The notes beneath the pieces are model-generated. The model searched no databases, had not been told where the DNA came from, and was given only the letters and a program-made list of their open reading frames with translations. Shown here in pieces: positions 30,196 to 39,513 of a stretch of 64,000 nt of DNA. This DNA comes from Promethearchaeota archaeon (GTDB taxonomy: Archaea; Asgardarchaeota; Lokiarchaeia; Sigyniarchaeales; SOKP01), in the NCBI GenBank assembly GCA_019058365.1, contig JAHPZE010000012.1:43017-107016 (forward strand). Reading direction: 5' to 3'. Each line of letters opens with the position of its first letter. Position 1 is the first letter of the stretch. The position numbers were made by a program, and so were the translations under genes.

Positions 30196-30819
30196 ATGGC
30201 AGAGAATATTGATTTAAAGAAAATTGAGAAAAATATTCTCAAAACTGCTCATCAGCATGGTTTTTTTGATATTGTAATAGGTTTTATAGTTTTTGGAATG
30301 AGTTTTGGTCCTGTTTTCCGTGAGAGTCTACCCTCGCCATATAAATACTTTTTATGGCCATTGATTCTTGTTGTTATTGCAGAATTATTACTTTTTATTA
30401 TTATCAAATATGTCGTTCAGCCTAGAACTGGAATTGTTAAACCCGGACCTTCGCTAAAATCAATGAAAAAGAAGTTATTTATAGTTATTTCCATTCAATT
30501 TGTAATTCAATTAATTTTTACTATTTTATTGGTGATTGGAAATGGTTCTGGAATACATGTAGAAGGAATTTTATTTATTTTAATTATAGGTTTATTTATT
30601 ATACCTCTTTTCGGTATTATAGCTTATTTAATGAAATATCCACGATTATATTTAATCGGAATGCTTATATGGTTGGCGATATTCATCAATGAGCTATTAT
30701 ACGATTCCTTTGATTATAGATTAAGATGGCTTTTTTCATTTGGAATTATAGGAAGTATAATCTTTTTCATGGGTTTAGCAATTTTTATTCGATTTCTTAA
30801 AAAATATTCATTAACATAA
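30196..30819 (+). CDS. Multi-pass membrane protein, tandem paralog 2
   Basis: IDLKKIEK..HGFFDI..G, PRTGIVKPG, AYLMKYPRLY, FLKKYSL. Confidence 0.85.
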   Translation: MAENIDLKKIEKNILKTAHQHGFFDIVIGFIVFGMSFGPVFRESLPSPYKYFLWPLILVVIAELLLFIIIKYVVQPRTGIVKPGPSLKSMKKKLFIVISIQFVIQLIFTILLVIGNGSGIHVEGILFILIIGLFIIPLFGIIAYLMKYPRLYLIGMLIWLAIFINELLYDSFDYRLRWLFSFGIIGSIIFFMGLAIFIRFLKKYSLT

Positions 30820-30837
30820 GAGGGGGTGGTCTAAAAT

Positions 30838-31485
30838 ATGGTAGATAAAATTGATTTAAAGTCGCTTGAGAAAAAAGCTTATAGAAGTGTTTTTAATGAT
30901 GGTCTATGGGATTTATTTATTGGATTGCTAATTTTAAATTTTGGAATAGGACCATTATTTAATTTACTTTTTGATTTACCTGAATTCTTTTTCATCATCA
31001 TTTCATCTATATTATGGAACTTCATGGCTTTACTAATATTTATTTTAGGTAAAAAATATATAACAACCCCCCGCGTAGGATATGTTAAATTTGGACCAGA
31101 GCGCAAGTCAAAACAACTAAAGCTGAAGATATTTTTAATGATTGTATTTATTGTAAATGTGATTCTTCTCATTTTCCCTCTATCAGGTATAATAAATTAT
31201 AGCCAAATTACACCTTTCCTTATAACATTATTACTAGGTATTGGTATTTTTGCTTTTCCGTTTAGTGTCATTGCTTATTTCTTAGATTATACTAGACTAT
31301 ATTATTATGCTTTTTCGATAGCAATAGGCTTTTTTTTAATTAATTTAATAACTCCGATTGTAGGTAATCCATTAGGCATCATTATTATTTTTGGGGTTAT
31401 AGGAGTAATAATTGTGATAATCGGGTTATACTATTTTATTCTTTTCTTAAAAAAGTACCCCTTATCAAGAGAGGAGGTGTTATAA
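30838..31485 (+). CDS. Multi-pass membrane protein, tandem paralog 3
   Basis: IDLKSLEKK..DGLWDL..G, PRVGYVKFG, AYFLDYTRLY, FLKKYPL. Confidence 0.85.
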   Translation: MVDKIDLKSLEKKAYRSVFNDGLWDLFIGLLILNFGIGPLFNLLFDLPEFFFIIISSILWNFMALLIFILGKKYITTPRVGYVKFGPERKSKQLKLKIFLMIVFIVNVILLIFPLSGIINYSQITPFLITLLLGIGIFAFPFSVIAYFLDYTRLYYYAFSIAIGFFLINLITPIVGNPLGIIIIFGVIGVIIVIIGLYYFILFLKKYPLSREEVL

Positions 31486-31488
31486 AAA

Positions 31489-31824
31489 ATAGCAAAAAAG
31501 AAAACAGAATCAGAAGATATTATCCAACCACTTAGTGATATTAACAAGATCATTCATGAGCCAGCAAGGTTAATGATCATGTCATATTTATATGTAGTTG
31601 AGAGTGCTGATTTTGTTTTCTTGAGAAATCAAACTAACCTAACAGATGGAAATTTATCCTCTCATTTAACTAAACTCGAATCTGCTGGATATCTTGAAAT
31701 TGAGAAAAGATTTAAGGGCAAAAAGCCTCAAACAATGCTGAAACTTAGTGCAAAAGGTCGAAAGGCTTTTGAACTCTATCGGAAAAAAATGGAACAAGTA
31801 TTAGGTGGATTAAATGAAAAATGA
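31489..31824 (+). CDS. Winged-helix transcriptional regulator (ArsR/MarR-like, HTH_34 type); probable ATA start at 31489
   Basis: The conserved IIHEPARLMIM motif begins upstream of the first ATG (31573); LTDGNLSSHLTKLE; frame open from the ATA after a GGAGGTG SD. Confidence 0.85.
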   Translation: MAKKKTESEDIIQPLSDINKIIHEPARLMIMSYLYVVESADFVFLRNQTNLTDGNLSSHLTKLESAGYLEIEKRFKGKKPQTMLKLSAKGRKAFELYRKKMEQVLGGLNEK

Positions 31825-31911
31825 TTATCTAATTTTAGGATTGGTATCCATCTTACCGAAATTCTTTTCCAGATTAAATAATCCTCATTTTTAATCCAAT
31901 TTTTTCAAAAT

Positions 31912-32187
31912 CTAAAAAGATATTTCAATTGCCTGTGAAGGACATACTTCGACACATTTCATACAATCGGGACAAAATTTATCGGCGAAGGATTTAAAGA
32001 TCATATGGATTTCAAATCTAATAGGTGCACCATCTTTATCTTTTTTTTTTAATGGCCTAAACATTAATAAAGATTTAGGACAAACCTCTAAACATTTTAA
32101 GCATTTAGTAGGGCGTAATTCAGTGGGATCATAAGGTAAATCACATTTTTTATGGTTATATTTGAATTTTACCATCTTTTTAATCAC
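31912..32187 (-). CDS. 2x[4Fe-4S] ferredoxin-like protein
   Basis: C-x13-CLKCLEVCP and CPDCMKCVEVCP. Confidence 0.85.
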   Translation of the reverse strand: MIKKMVKFKYNHKKCDLPYDPTELRPTKCLKCLEVCPKSLLMFRPLKKKDKDGAPIRFEIHMIFKSFADKFCPDCMKCVEVCPSQAIEISF

Positions 32188-32190
32188 TCC

Positions 32191-33039
32191 TCACCATATT
32201 TTCTTAGCTATTGAATGAGTATTTCGATCAACTAGTCTGATTGCGTTTTGCTCACAAACAAACCTACATTGTCCACATCCAAAACAGATTCTAGGATCTA
32301 TATCGGCTCTACCATCCTCCCCTAAGCTAATTGCTCCAAATTGACAGTGTGAAATACATTCTCCACAGCTAATACATTCATCACTATTAACCTCAGCTAC
32401 ATATTCTGCTTTTCGATAAGTATTAGTTATACCATACCATATTTTTGGTCTTGCAGCATAACAATATTGAGCCTCACAATTACATACACATGCTACTTGT
32501 GGCATATCCATCCACCAGAAAACAGTGTGTATATAACCTTTTTCTGAAAATTGTTGTAACCATTCTTTTGCTTCTTCAGGGCTTAATCTCTTTTCTTTCC
32601 AATTTCTTGGTACTTTTCTATTAGTTTCAACTAAAGGTCCAAAATTTAAGCATTTAAATTCATCTTGTCCTTTAAAAAGCCTTTTACACATACATGGGTA
32701 AGCTACATGATCATAAGCTAGATCTGATATCTTTAATGCATCTTCTAATGGGACTACTTGTCCAGCATGGCTGCGTATTGCAAGATAATTACCATATGCC
32801 CTTGCTATATTACCAAAGAATGGAATTTTCGCCCAATCAACCATATCTAAAAGTTTAGATATGTCCAGAGGATACCATGCTGAATCTGCCCCATTAATCG
32901 CTTCTCTTACCATCTTGGGTTCTCTACCAAGAATTCGATCTAACAGCGACAATTTATAGAAAAGTTCGCCGGAATACCCTTTAGGGTTAAAATACCATTT
33001 ATCGTATCCTTCAGCATGCTTTCTACAATACTTACACAT
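32191..33039 (-). CDS. Cys-rich 4Fe-4S dicluster protein of unknown function
   Basis: N-terminal MCKYCRKH..KWY, PCMCK, CVCNCEAQYC, C-terminal CISCGECISHC and CFGCGQCRFVC. Confidence 0.85.
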   Translation of the reverse strand: MCKYCRKHAEGYDKWYFNPKGYSGELFYKLSLLDRILGREPKMVREAINGADSAWYPLDISKLLDMVDWAKIPFFGNIARAYGNYLAIRSHAGQVVPLEDALKISDLAYDHVAYPCMCKRLFKGQDEFKCLNFGPLVETNRKVPRNWKEKRLSPEEAKEWLQQFSEKGYIHTVFWWMDMPQVACVCNCEAQYCYAARPKIWYGITNTYRKAEYVAEVNSDECISCGECISHCQFGAISLGEDGRADIDPRICFGCGQCRFVCEQNAIRLVDRNTHSIAKKIW

Positions 33040-33369
33040 TTAAAATACCTCCCAATATATCCATTTTTAAAGATAAAAATCAATATTAAATAAATTGTAA
33101 TTAAAACTTATAAGGATTTATCAAAGCTAATATTAATACGTCTCCTTCTTATTTTTTGCTACAATCATTTCTGAGCAATCTATTACACTTTTAGTGGCCA
33201 ATTCTGTTCCAATATATTTTTAATTTACCTAACTTAATTTTATGGTCGATAATCGTAGTAATTTAATATTCAAATATGATATAATATAGATATTTTAAAT
33301 TCAATTTTAAAATGTCTTGGGCTTTAGAGATTAATTGACTTTATTACAAATAAATAATTCAATAGAATT

Positions 33370-34176
33370 ATGCCAATTGTAGGAATAGATTATGAGAAAT
33401 GCAATGATTGTAATATCTGTGTAACCACATGTATATTGTTTAGACGAGATAAAACACAAAATAAAATTGTCTTCAACAATTCAACAGAATTGTGCAATTT
33501 ATGTGGTAAATGTATTGCAAAATGTCCCCAAGATGCTATTATTTATGAAGGTATGGGAGAGGCGTACATTTATGAAGGAATTAATAAACCAGAAACTATA
33601 GCGTCTTATGAAACAATATATAAGTTTCTCAGAGCAAATCGATCAGTTCGACTTTATAAAAAGAAAAAAGTGCCAACTGATAATATAAGAAAAGTTTTTG
33701 AAGCAATGTCATATGCTCCTACTGCGGATAATATGAGATCAGAACGATTTTCTATTTTATCAGAGCAAGACAAAATTAAAAATCTGAACGATGCGGTTTT
33801 AGAAGCAATCTTAAGTATACCAGAAATGAATGAAAGATATGGACTAATATTTAGACTTACTAGCAGAGTTTTCCATAGTCCTGTATATTTTGATGCCCCC
33901 CATGTTATTTTTGTGGACTCTTCAGAGGATTCTAAAATTGAGGCTACTAATATTGGAATTATAATTACTTATGGCAGATTAGCTGCACAAGCTCTCGGTC
34001 TAAGCACGTGTTGGAATGGATGGACACAAATAGCTATGAGGATTAATCCAAAAATAAAAGAATTGGCAAATATTAAAGGAAATACGGTCGGAGTTTTGAT
34101 TATTGGGTATTCGGCAGAAAAATTTTATCGCGCTTCCCCACGATCTCCCAAACCTATTGATGGTTTGGAGGAGTAA
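33370..34176 (+). CDS. Nitroreductase with N-terminal 2x[4Fe-4S] ferredoxin domain
   Basis: CNDCNICVTTC, CNLCGKCIAKCP, RSVRLY, APTADN, LGLSTCWNG. Confidence 0.9.
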   Translation: MPIVGIDYEKCNDCNICVTTCILFRRDKTQNKIVFNNSTELCNLCGKCIAKCPQDAIIYEGMGEAYIYEGINKPETIASYETIYKFLRANRSVRLYKKKKVPTDNIRKVFEAMSYAPTADNMRSERFSILSEQDKIKNLNDAVLEAILSIPEMNERYGLIFRLTSRVFHSPVYFDAPHVIFVDSSEDSKIEATNIGIIITYGRLAAQALGLSTCWNGWTQIAMRINPKIKELANIKGNTVGVLIIGYSAEKFYRASPRSPKPIDGLEE

Positions 34177-34181
34177 ATATG

Positions 34182-34991
34182 CTAAAATATTGCATATTTA
34201 AAAATTTCGTCTTCAATGATCCACGCTTCAAGAAAGTCATCTCTTATTTTTGTATCCCATATATTATCAATATTTTTTATCCCTTCACTAAGATCCACTA
34301 ATAACTCTTTGCCAACAGCGAATTGTTCATGAGAGGGATAAAGCTCAATGTTTTCAGATTTTTTATACAAATCTATTAATTTCGAAATACTTGAAAGAAT
34401 GATGGGAAACGTCTTTTTAGTGAGATACATCATTCCGTAATGAGCAGTATCACCCGTAAAAAGTTCGCTTTTATTGGTTAATAAAGATATGCAACCGGGA
34501 GAATGTCCGGGAGTATGAATAACTTCTATTGATATATCACCTAAATCTATGATTTCCTCATCTTTTATTGCTTGGATATTCTTAGCAGGTCGAAGAGTAT
34601 AATTTTTACTTTGATAACGTTTAACAATTTCTTTGGGGGAATTTTGTAAGAATGTTATATCAAAAGGCTCTGAAACATATTTTACTTCCTTACTGTGAAT
34701 GAAAATTTTGTTAAATTCATTATTCCCACCGATATGATCAAAATGAGAATGTGTATTAATTACTAGTAATTCTCGTTCAGAAAGTAGATCATCAATAATT
34801 GGCTTAAGGGGGAATAATCCACAACCGGTATCAATCAATAAAGCAGAATGAGAACCCATAACTAAATATAAATTTGTATAAGTTGTATAAAATCTCGGGT
34901 CAATTTCATCAAGTCTTTCTCGAATTACATACAAATATTCTTTATAATTTACAACTTCAAACCATTGTTCACTGTTTAAATAGTTATTCAT
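34182..34991 (-). CDS. MBL-fold metallo-hydrolase
   Basis: LIDTG, THSHFDHIGG, HTPGHSPG, FTGD, PSH. Confidence 0.9.
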   Translation of the reverse strand: MNNYLNSEQWFEVVNYKEYLYVIRERLDEIDPRFYTTYTNLYLVMGSHSALLIDTGCGLFPLKPIIDDLLSERELLVINTHSHFDHIGGNNEFNKIFIHSKEVKYVSEPFDITFLQNSPKEIVKRYQSKNYTLRPAKNIQAIKDEEIIDLGDISIEVIHTPGHSPGCISLLTNKSELFTGDTAHYGMMYLTKKTFPIILSSISKLIDLYKKSENIELYPSHEQFAVGKELLVDLSEGIKNIDNIWDTKIRDDFLEAWIIEDEIFKYAIF

Positions 34992-35150
34992 AATTTTTTT
35001 TTAATCATGGAATTTTTCTTTCTTGTTAAAAATTCTGAAAAAATTAATTGATTGATAGAATTAATGTTTTATACATAAATGTCATCATAAGTATTAAATA
35101 TTCTCTTATAGAATTGTATTTATTAATAAAATAATTTTTTGTGAAATCTA

Positions 35151-37277
35151 ATGAGAAAAATTTTGAAAACAAAAAAGTACTATCTAATCTTTAGCATCAT
35201 CCTTGCTCTATTTCTACCAACTTTAAACTATATTTATAATGTCAAAAAAGAAAGTAATACAGATTCAATCAATAATTTTTTTAATTTAAAATCTGCTGGA
35301 TATTGGTATTTTACGGGAGAAGCGATAATTATTGATGATTCTGATCCAAACTATAATTGGAGTAAAACAGCAGCAGATAATGCATGGTGCTCAGGGAGTG
35401 GAACATGGAACGATCCATACGTTATTGAAAATGTTACAGTTGATTATTATGGTACAAGTTTGGGCAACTCTATTTATCTTAGGAATTCAAAGACATCGTA
35501 TTTTATAATTAGAAATTGTACATTAACCAATTCTTATGCTACGACAGATCCCGAGAATGTTGGAATAAAGTTGGAAAACTCTAACAATGGGGTTTTAATT
35601 AATAATACCTTCACTCTAAATGAGTATGGAATTTATCTCTACTCTAATTCTGATAATAATACAATTTTAGAAAATAAATTAATAGATAATGAAGCATTTG
35701 GTATTGATTTATCAGTTGGATGTGGAGGAAATATAATTTCTGATAATTTAATCGATCACACTGAACAATATGGGATTGAACTTGCTTACAGCTCAAATGG
35801 TAATAATATCACTAATAATATTATTAAAAATAACGGATGGCATTGGGGTTTAGAGGCGGATTCTGGAATAATGATTCAAGAGAGCAACGATAATATTGTG
35901 TCTAACAATAAAATAACTAATAATAATCAAAATGGTGTCTATATCTATAGTGATTACTGCTATTATAATGTTATTATCAATAATACTATAAGCGGGAATA
36001 GAAAAGGAATTCGAATGTCCTATAATGTGTTTGGCACCGTCATTAGAGATAATTTAATTAAAGACAATAGTGAATACGGAATATATATAGCTACTTATCA
36101 TCCTCAAGGCAGTGATATCTATCTCAACTGGTTTATTGATAATGGTATTCAAGCTTATGATAATGTTGTCGGACAGAATAATAACTGGGATAATGGAACG
36201 ATCGGAAATTTCTGGAATGATTACTCTGGTGTTGATACTGATGACGACGGTATTGGTGACGATCCTTATATAATTGGAGGTGATAGTGGTGGAAATCAAG
36301 ATAATTATCCAATTTGGCATGATGCTCCTAATATTAAAGTACTTCTACCTAAGCCATTAGAAATCTTTGAAAGCTCTTCCCCTACTTTTAATGTAAGTAT
36401 CAAAGATCCTAATTTAGACTCAATGTGGTATACTTTAAATAATGGGATGCAAAAAGTTCCCTTTACTACAAATGAAACAATCAATCAAGGATTATGGGAT
36501 GCTTTATCTGATGGTCTAATAGATATCACTTTTTATGCAAATGATACTGCGGGAAATGTAAATTCCTCATCAGTTACAGTTATTAGAGATACTGGAGCAC
36601 CTACTATAAATATTAATTCACCCTCGTTAAATGACGTTTTTGCATATACAGAACCAGCTTTCAATGTAGAGATTAGAGATTTTCTATTAAATACAACATG
36701 GTATACTATAGATGGTGGATTAACAAAGTTTATTTTTACGTCTAATGAGTCCCTTAATTCAAACGCGTGGGATAATGCTTTAGATGGGTTAATAAGTATT
36801 ACATTTTATGCGAATGATACATTAGGCAATCTTAATTCTGTATCTTTAACTGTCTATAAAGATACACAATTTCCCTTTATCTTGATTGTCTATCCCGATT
36901 ATGGTGACATTTTTAACGCGACAGCACCAGATTTTATAGTAGAACCAGAAGAAGCAAATATAGTGAGAATGTGGTATACAATTAATGAAAGCTTGACTGA
37001 ATATACATTTACCACAAATGGAACAATAAATCAAGCAGCTTGGGATGCACTTCCGAAAGGTGTCTTAGTTTTAAGGTTTTATATTGAGGATATTGCTGGA
37101 AATATTAATTTTAACGATATAATAATTACAAAAAGCTTACCAACAAATGGAAATGGTGATGGAGATGAGACAGGACCACCAATACCTGGATATCACCTAA
37201 TTTTATTGATTTCCTTAATTTGGATAATATCAACAATAATTCTCATACAGTTCAAGAAAAAGTTGAAGAATAAATAA
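35151..37277 (+). CDS. Surface protein: NosD/CASH right-handed beta-helix + 3 Ig-like repeats + Loki-CTERM-type anchor
   Basis: Signal/TM, GSGTWNDPYVIEN, (GI.L..S..N.I..N.I) repeats, GNFWNDY, 3x MWYT...WD....G......YxxDxxGN, tail PPIPGY-TM-KKK. Confidence 0.9.
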   Translation: MRKILKTKKYYLIFSIILALFLPTLNYIYNVKKESNTDSINNFFNLKSAGYWYFTGEAIIIDDSDPNYNWSKTAADNAWCSGSGTWNDPYVIENVTVDYYGTSLGNSIYLRNSKTSYFIIRNCTLTNSYATTDPENVGIKLENSNNGVLINNTFTLNEYGIYLYSNSDNNTILENKLIDNEAFGIDLSVGCGGNIISDNLIDHTEQYGIELAYSSNGNNITNNIIKNNGWHWGLEADSGIMIQESNDNIVSNNKITNNNQNGVYIYSDYCYYNVIINNTISGNRKGIRMSYNVFGTVIRDNLIKDNSEYGIYIATYHPQGSDIYLNWFIDNGIQAYDNVVGQNNNWDNGTIGNFWNDYSGVDTDDDGIGDDPYIIGGDSGGNQDNYPIWHDAPNIKVLLPKPLEIFESSSPTFNVSIKDPNLDSMWYTLNNGMQKVPFTTNETINQGLWDALSDGLIDITFYANDTAGNVNSSSVTVIRDTGAPTININSPSLNDVFAYTEPAFNVEIRDFLLNTTWYTIDGGLTKFIFTSNESLNSNAWDNALDGLISITFYANDTLGNLNSVSLTVYKDTQFPFILIVYPDYGDIFNATAPDFIVEPEEANIVRMWYTINESLTEYTFTTNGTINQAAWDALPKGVLVLRFYIEDIAGNINFNDIIITKSLPTNGNGDGDETGPPIPGYHLILLISLIWIISTIILIQFKKKLKNK

Positions 37278-37350
37278 CAAAATTATTTTTTTTTAATTTT
37301 TAATTCTGTGTTTTATTTTTATCAAAACATTAAAAGCTATTTTTATTCTT

Positions 37351-37695
37351 TTAAATAAGCTTTACATTTTTTATTGGAACCCAACCACTTTTACCTTTCT
37401 GATTCATGACCCAGTACCACTCTGCTTCTTCATCTTTAATTATAAGTTCTTCTCCGCTTTTTACTGTAAGTTCTGTGGCATCATAATATTTTTTCACTTT
37501 TCCAATTTTTCCCTTGATATCAAGATATTTTTCAGGTACCCATCGACTCTCTTCTTTTTTGTTAGTACACCAAATCCATCCCGCCCATTCACTTTCTTTT
37601 TCTCCAATTGTTAGAATTTCCCCTTTAGTAATTATTAAGGGATCTGTGTAAGGAGACTTATAATCTTCAATAACTATACACTTTTTTTTCTTCAT
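37351..37695 (-). CDS. Tandem SH3-domain protein
   Basis: DY..PL...KGE...W.W......WVPEKYL and YDATELTVKSGE...WYW.....SGWVPIKNV. Confidence 0.85.
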   Translation of the reverse strand: MKKKKCIVIEDYKSPYTDPLIITKGEILTIGEKESEWAGWIWCTNKKEESRWVPEKYLDIKGKIGKVKKYYDATELTVKSGEELIIKDEEAEWYWVMNQKGKSGWVPIKNVKLI

Positions 37696-37736
37696 AACAC
37701 TGTTCTTTTTCTACTTATTACTCTATACTGATTAAT

Positions 37737-38153
37737 TTAATATTCTCTTGGTTTTTCGAGTATAAAAATTGAAAAAGTTCCATAAGCCTTTGAAACCAGA
37801 GTATTGTCATTTAAAATCTCGGATTCAAGAATGCCAAATGATTTCCCTCTGTGAATTACTTTTGTATTACAAATAAGCATTCCTTCTCTAACAGCTTTAA
37901 AATAGGTAATTTTAATTTCTACAGTTGCGCATGATTCCTTCTTTTCTAATAAAGAATATAAAGCTCCCCCCATACCTGTATCTGCCATTGAATACATGAC
38001 AGCACCATGGACAGTTTTATGAGGATTAAAGTGGTTCTTATTAATCTGCAAAACACACTGGGAATACCCTTTTCTCAATTTAGTAAATTCAAACCCTATT
38101 AAATCTCCAAATGGGTGAAATCCTTTAGATTTAAGAGGAATAGGTTCAGACAT
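37737..38153 (-). CDS. PaaI family hot-dog thioesterase
   Basis: NPHKTVHGAVMYSMADTGMG, ATVEIKITY. Confidence 0.9.
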   Translation of the reverse strand: MSEPIPLKSKGFHPFGDLIGFEFTKLRKGYSQCVLQINKNHFNPHKTVHGAVMYSMADTGMGGALYSLLEKKESCATVEIKITYFKAVREGMLICNTKVIHRGKSFGILESEILNDNTLVSKAYGTFSIFILEKPREY

Positions 38154-38258
38154 AAGCTATACAAAAATCAATTTAATTTAATCTTTTCTAAAATAATAAA
38201 AATATAAAACAAATTAGAGATTCATAACTTATTAAATATTAAATTTCGGTGAAATGAG

Positions 38259-39473
38259 ATGTCAGTTTTATTTGAACCCTATAAAATTAGTAAAATGGAA
38301 GTAAAAAACCGATTCGTTAGATCAGCAACACATGAAAATTTAGCAAAAAACTCTGGCGAAGTCACAGATGAGCTTGTAAAACTTCATAGAACTCTTGCTA
38401 AAGGAGATATTGGTTTAATTATACCAGGTTATATGTATGTTCACCCTTTAGGGCGTGCATATAGCTATCAAACAGGAATATATGATGACAAGATGATACC
38501 TGGTTTGAAAAAGCTTGTTAATGCGATACATGAAGAAGGGAGTAAGGTTGCATTTCAGATAGTCCATGCGGGAATGTATACATTTTCGAAACTAATTGGA
38601 ACAACTCCCGCGGGACCCTCTGGAGAGATAATGAATCCCGTTGCGGTTGAATATTCAAAAGAAATGACTGAGGATGAAATTCAGACTACAATAGAGGCTT
38701 TTATTAAAGCGGCTAAACGTGTAGTCGAATCGGGAGCGGACGCTATTCAATTACATGCAGCTCATGGCTATTTAATCAATCAATTTTTATCTCCTTTCTA
38801 CAATCGTAGACAAGATAATTGGGGGGGATCTGATGAGAATCGTTTTCGATACTTAAAAGAAATTGTTGTGAAAACTAAAAAGGTTTTACCTTCTAATGTT
38901 CCTCTTCTAATAAAATTAAATACTCATGATTATACTCCAGATGAAGGTATAACACCTTCATTAGCAGCTAAATATTCTAATTGGTTAATAAAGTTAGGAA
39001 TCGATGCAATTGAGATAAGTTGTGGTTCAGGATATTCTATTTTTAATATGTGTAGGGGAGAGGTTCCCTTTAGAGAAATTGTTCAAGCTGTTCCAGATTA
39101 TATGAAATCTATGACAGAATATGTATATAAGGATATGGTTGGAAAATTTAATTTTGAGGAGGGATATAATCTTAAAGCAGCTAAGATTATAAAACCTCAA
39201 ATCGGAGATATTCCCCTCATCTTGGTCGGAGGTTTAAGAACTAAAACCTTTATGGAAGATTTAATAAAAAATAAATATGCTGATTTCATATCCATGTCGC
39301 GTCCATTTATAAGAGAACCATTTCTTGTAAAAAATATTAAAGAAGGAAAACAAGAAAGAGCAGCGTGCATCTCTTGCAACCGATGTCTTGCAGCAATACC
39401 GAATGATTATCCAATTAAGTGCTATACAAACAAGTGGCCAGAAGAAAAAAAACAAACGTGTTATTTTCCATAA
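38259..39473 (+). CDS. NADH:flavin oxidoreductase (OYE family)
   Basis: KNRFVRSATHE, QIVHAG, QLHAAHGYL, WGGSDENRFR, SRPFIREP, CISCNRC. Confidence 0.92.
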   Translation: MSVLFEPYKISKMEVKNRFVRSATHENLAKNSGEVTDELVKLHRTLAKGDIGLIIPGYMYVHPLGRAYSYQTGIYDDKMIPGLKKLVNAIHEEGSKVAFQIVHAGMYTFSKLIGTTPAGPSGEIMNPVAVEYSKEMTEDEIQTTIEAFIKAAKRVVESGADAIQLHAAHGYLINQFLSPFYNRRQDNWGGSDENRFRYLKEIVVKTKKVLPSNVPLLIKLNTHDYTPDEGITPSLAAKYSNWLIKLGIDAIEISCGSGYSIFNMCRGEVPFREIVQAVPDYMKSMTEYVYKDMVGKFNFEEGYNLKAAKIIKPQIGDIPLILVGGLRTKTFMEDLIKNKYADFISMSRPFIREPFLVKNIKEGKQERAACISCNRCLAAIPNDYPIKCYTNKWPEEKKQTCYFP

Positions 39474-39513
39474 GTTTTTTCTGATATTAACTTTTTAAAA
39501 TTTTAATAATCTT

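Noticed and set aside
33133-33222. 28-codon minus-strand open stretch (KYIGTELATKSVIDCSEMIVAKNKKETY) in a long intergenic gap
   Set aside because: No convincing start or SD and no recognisable homology; it may be a gene remnant but I cannot support that
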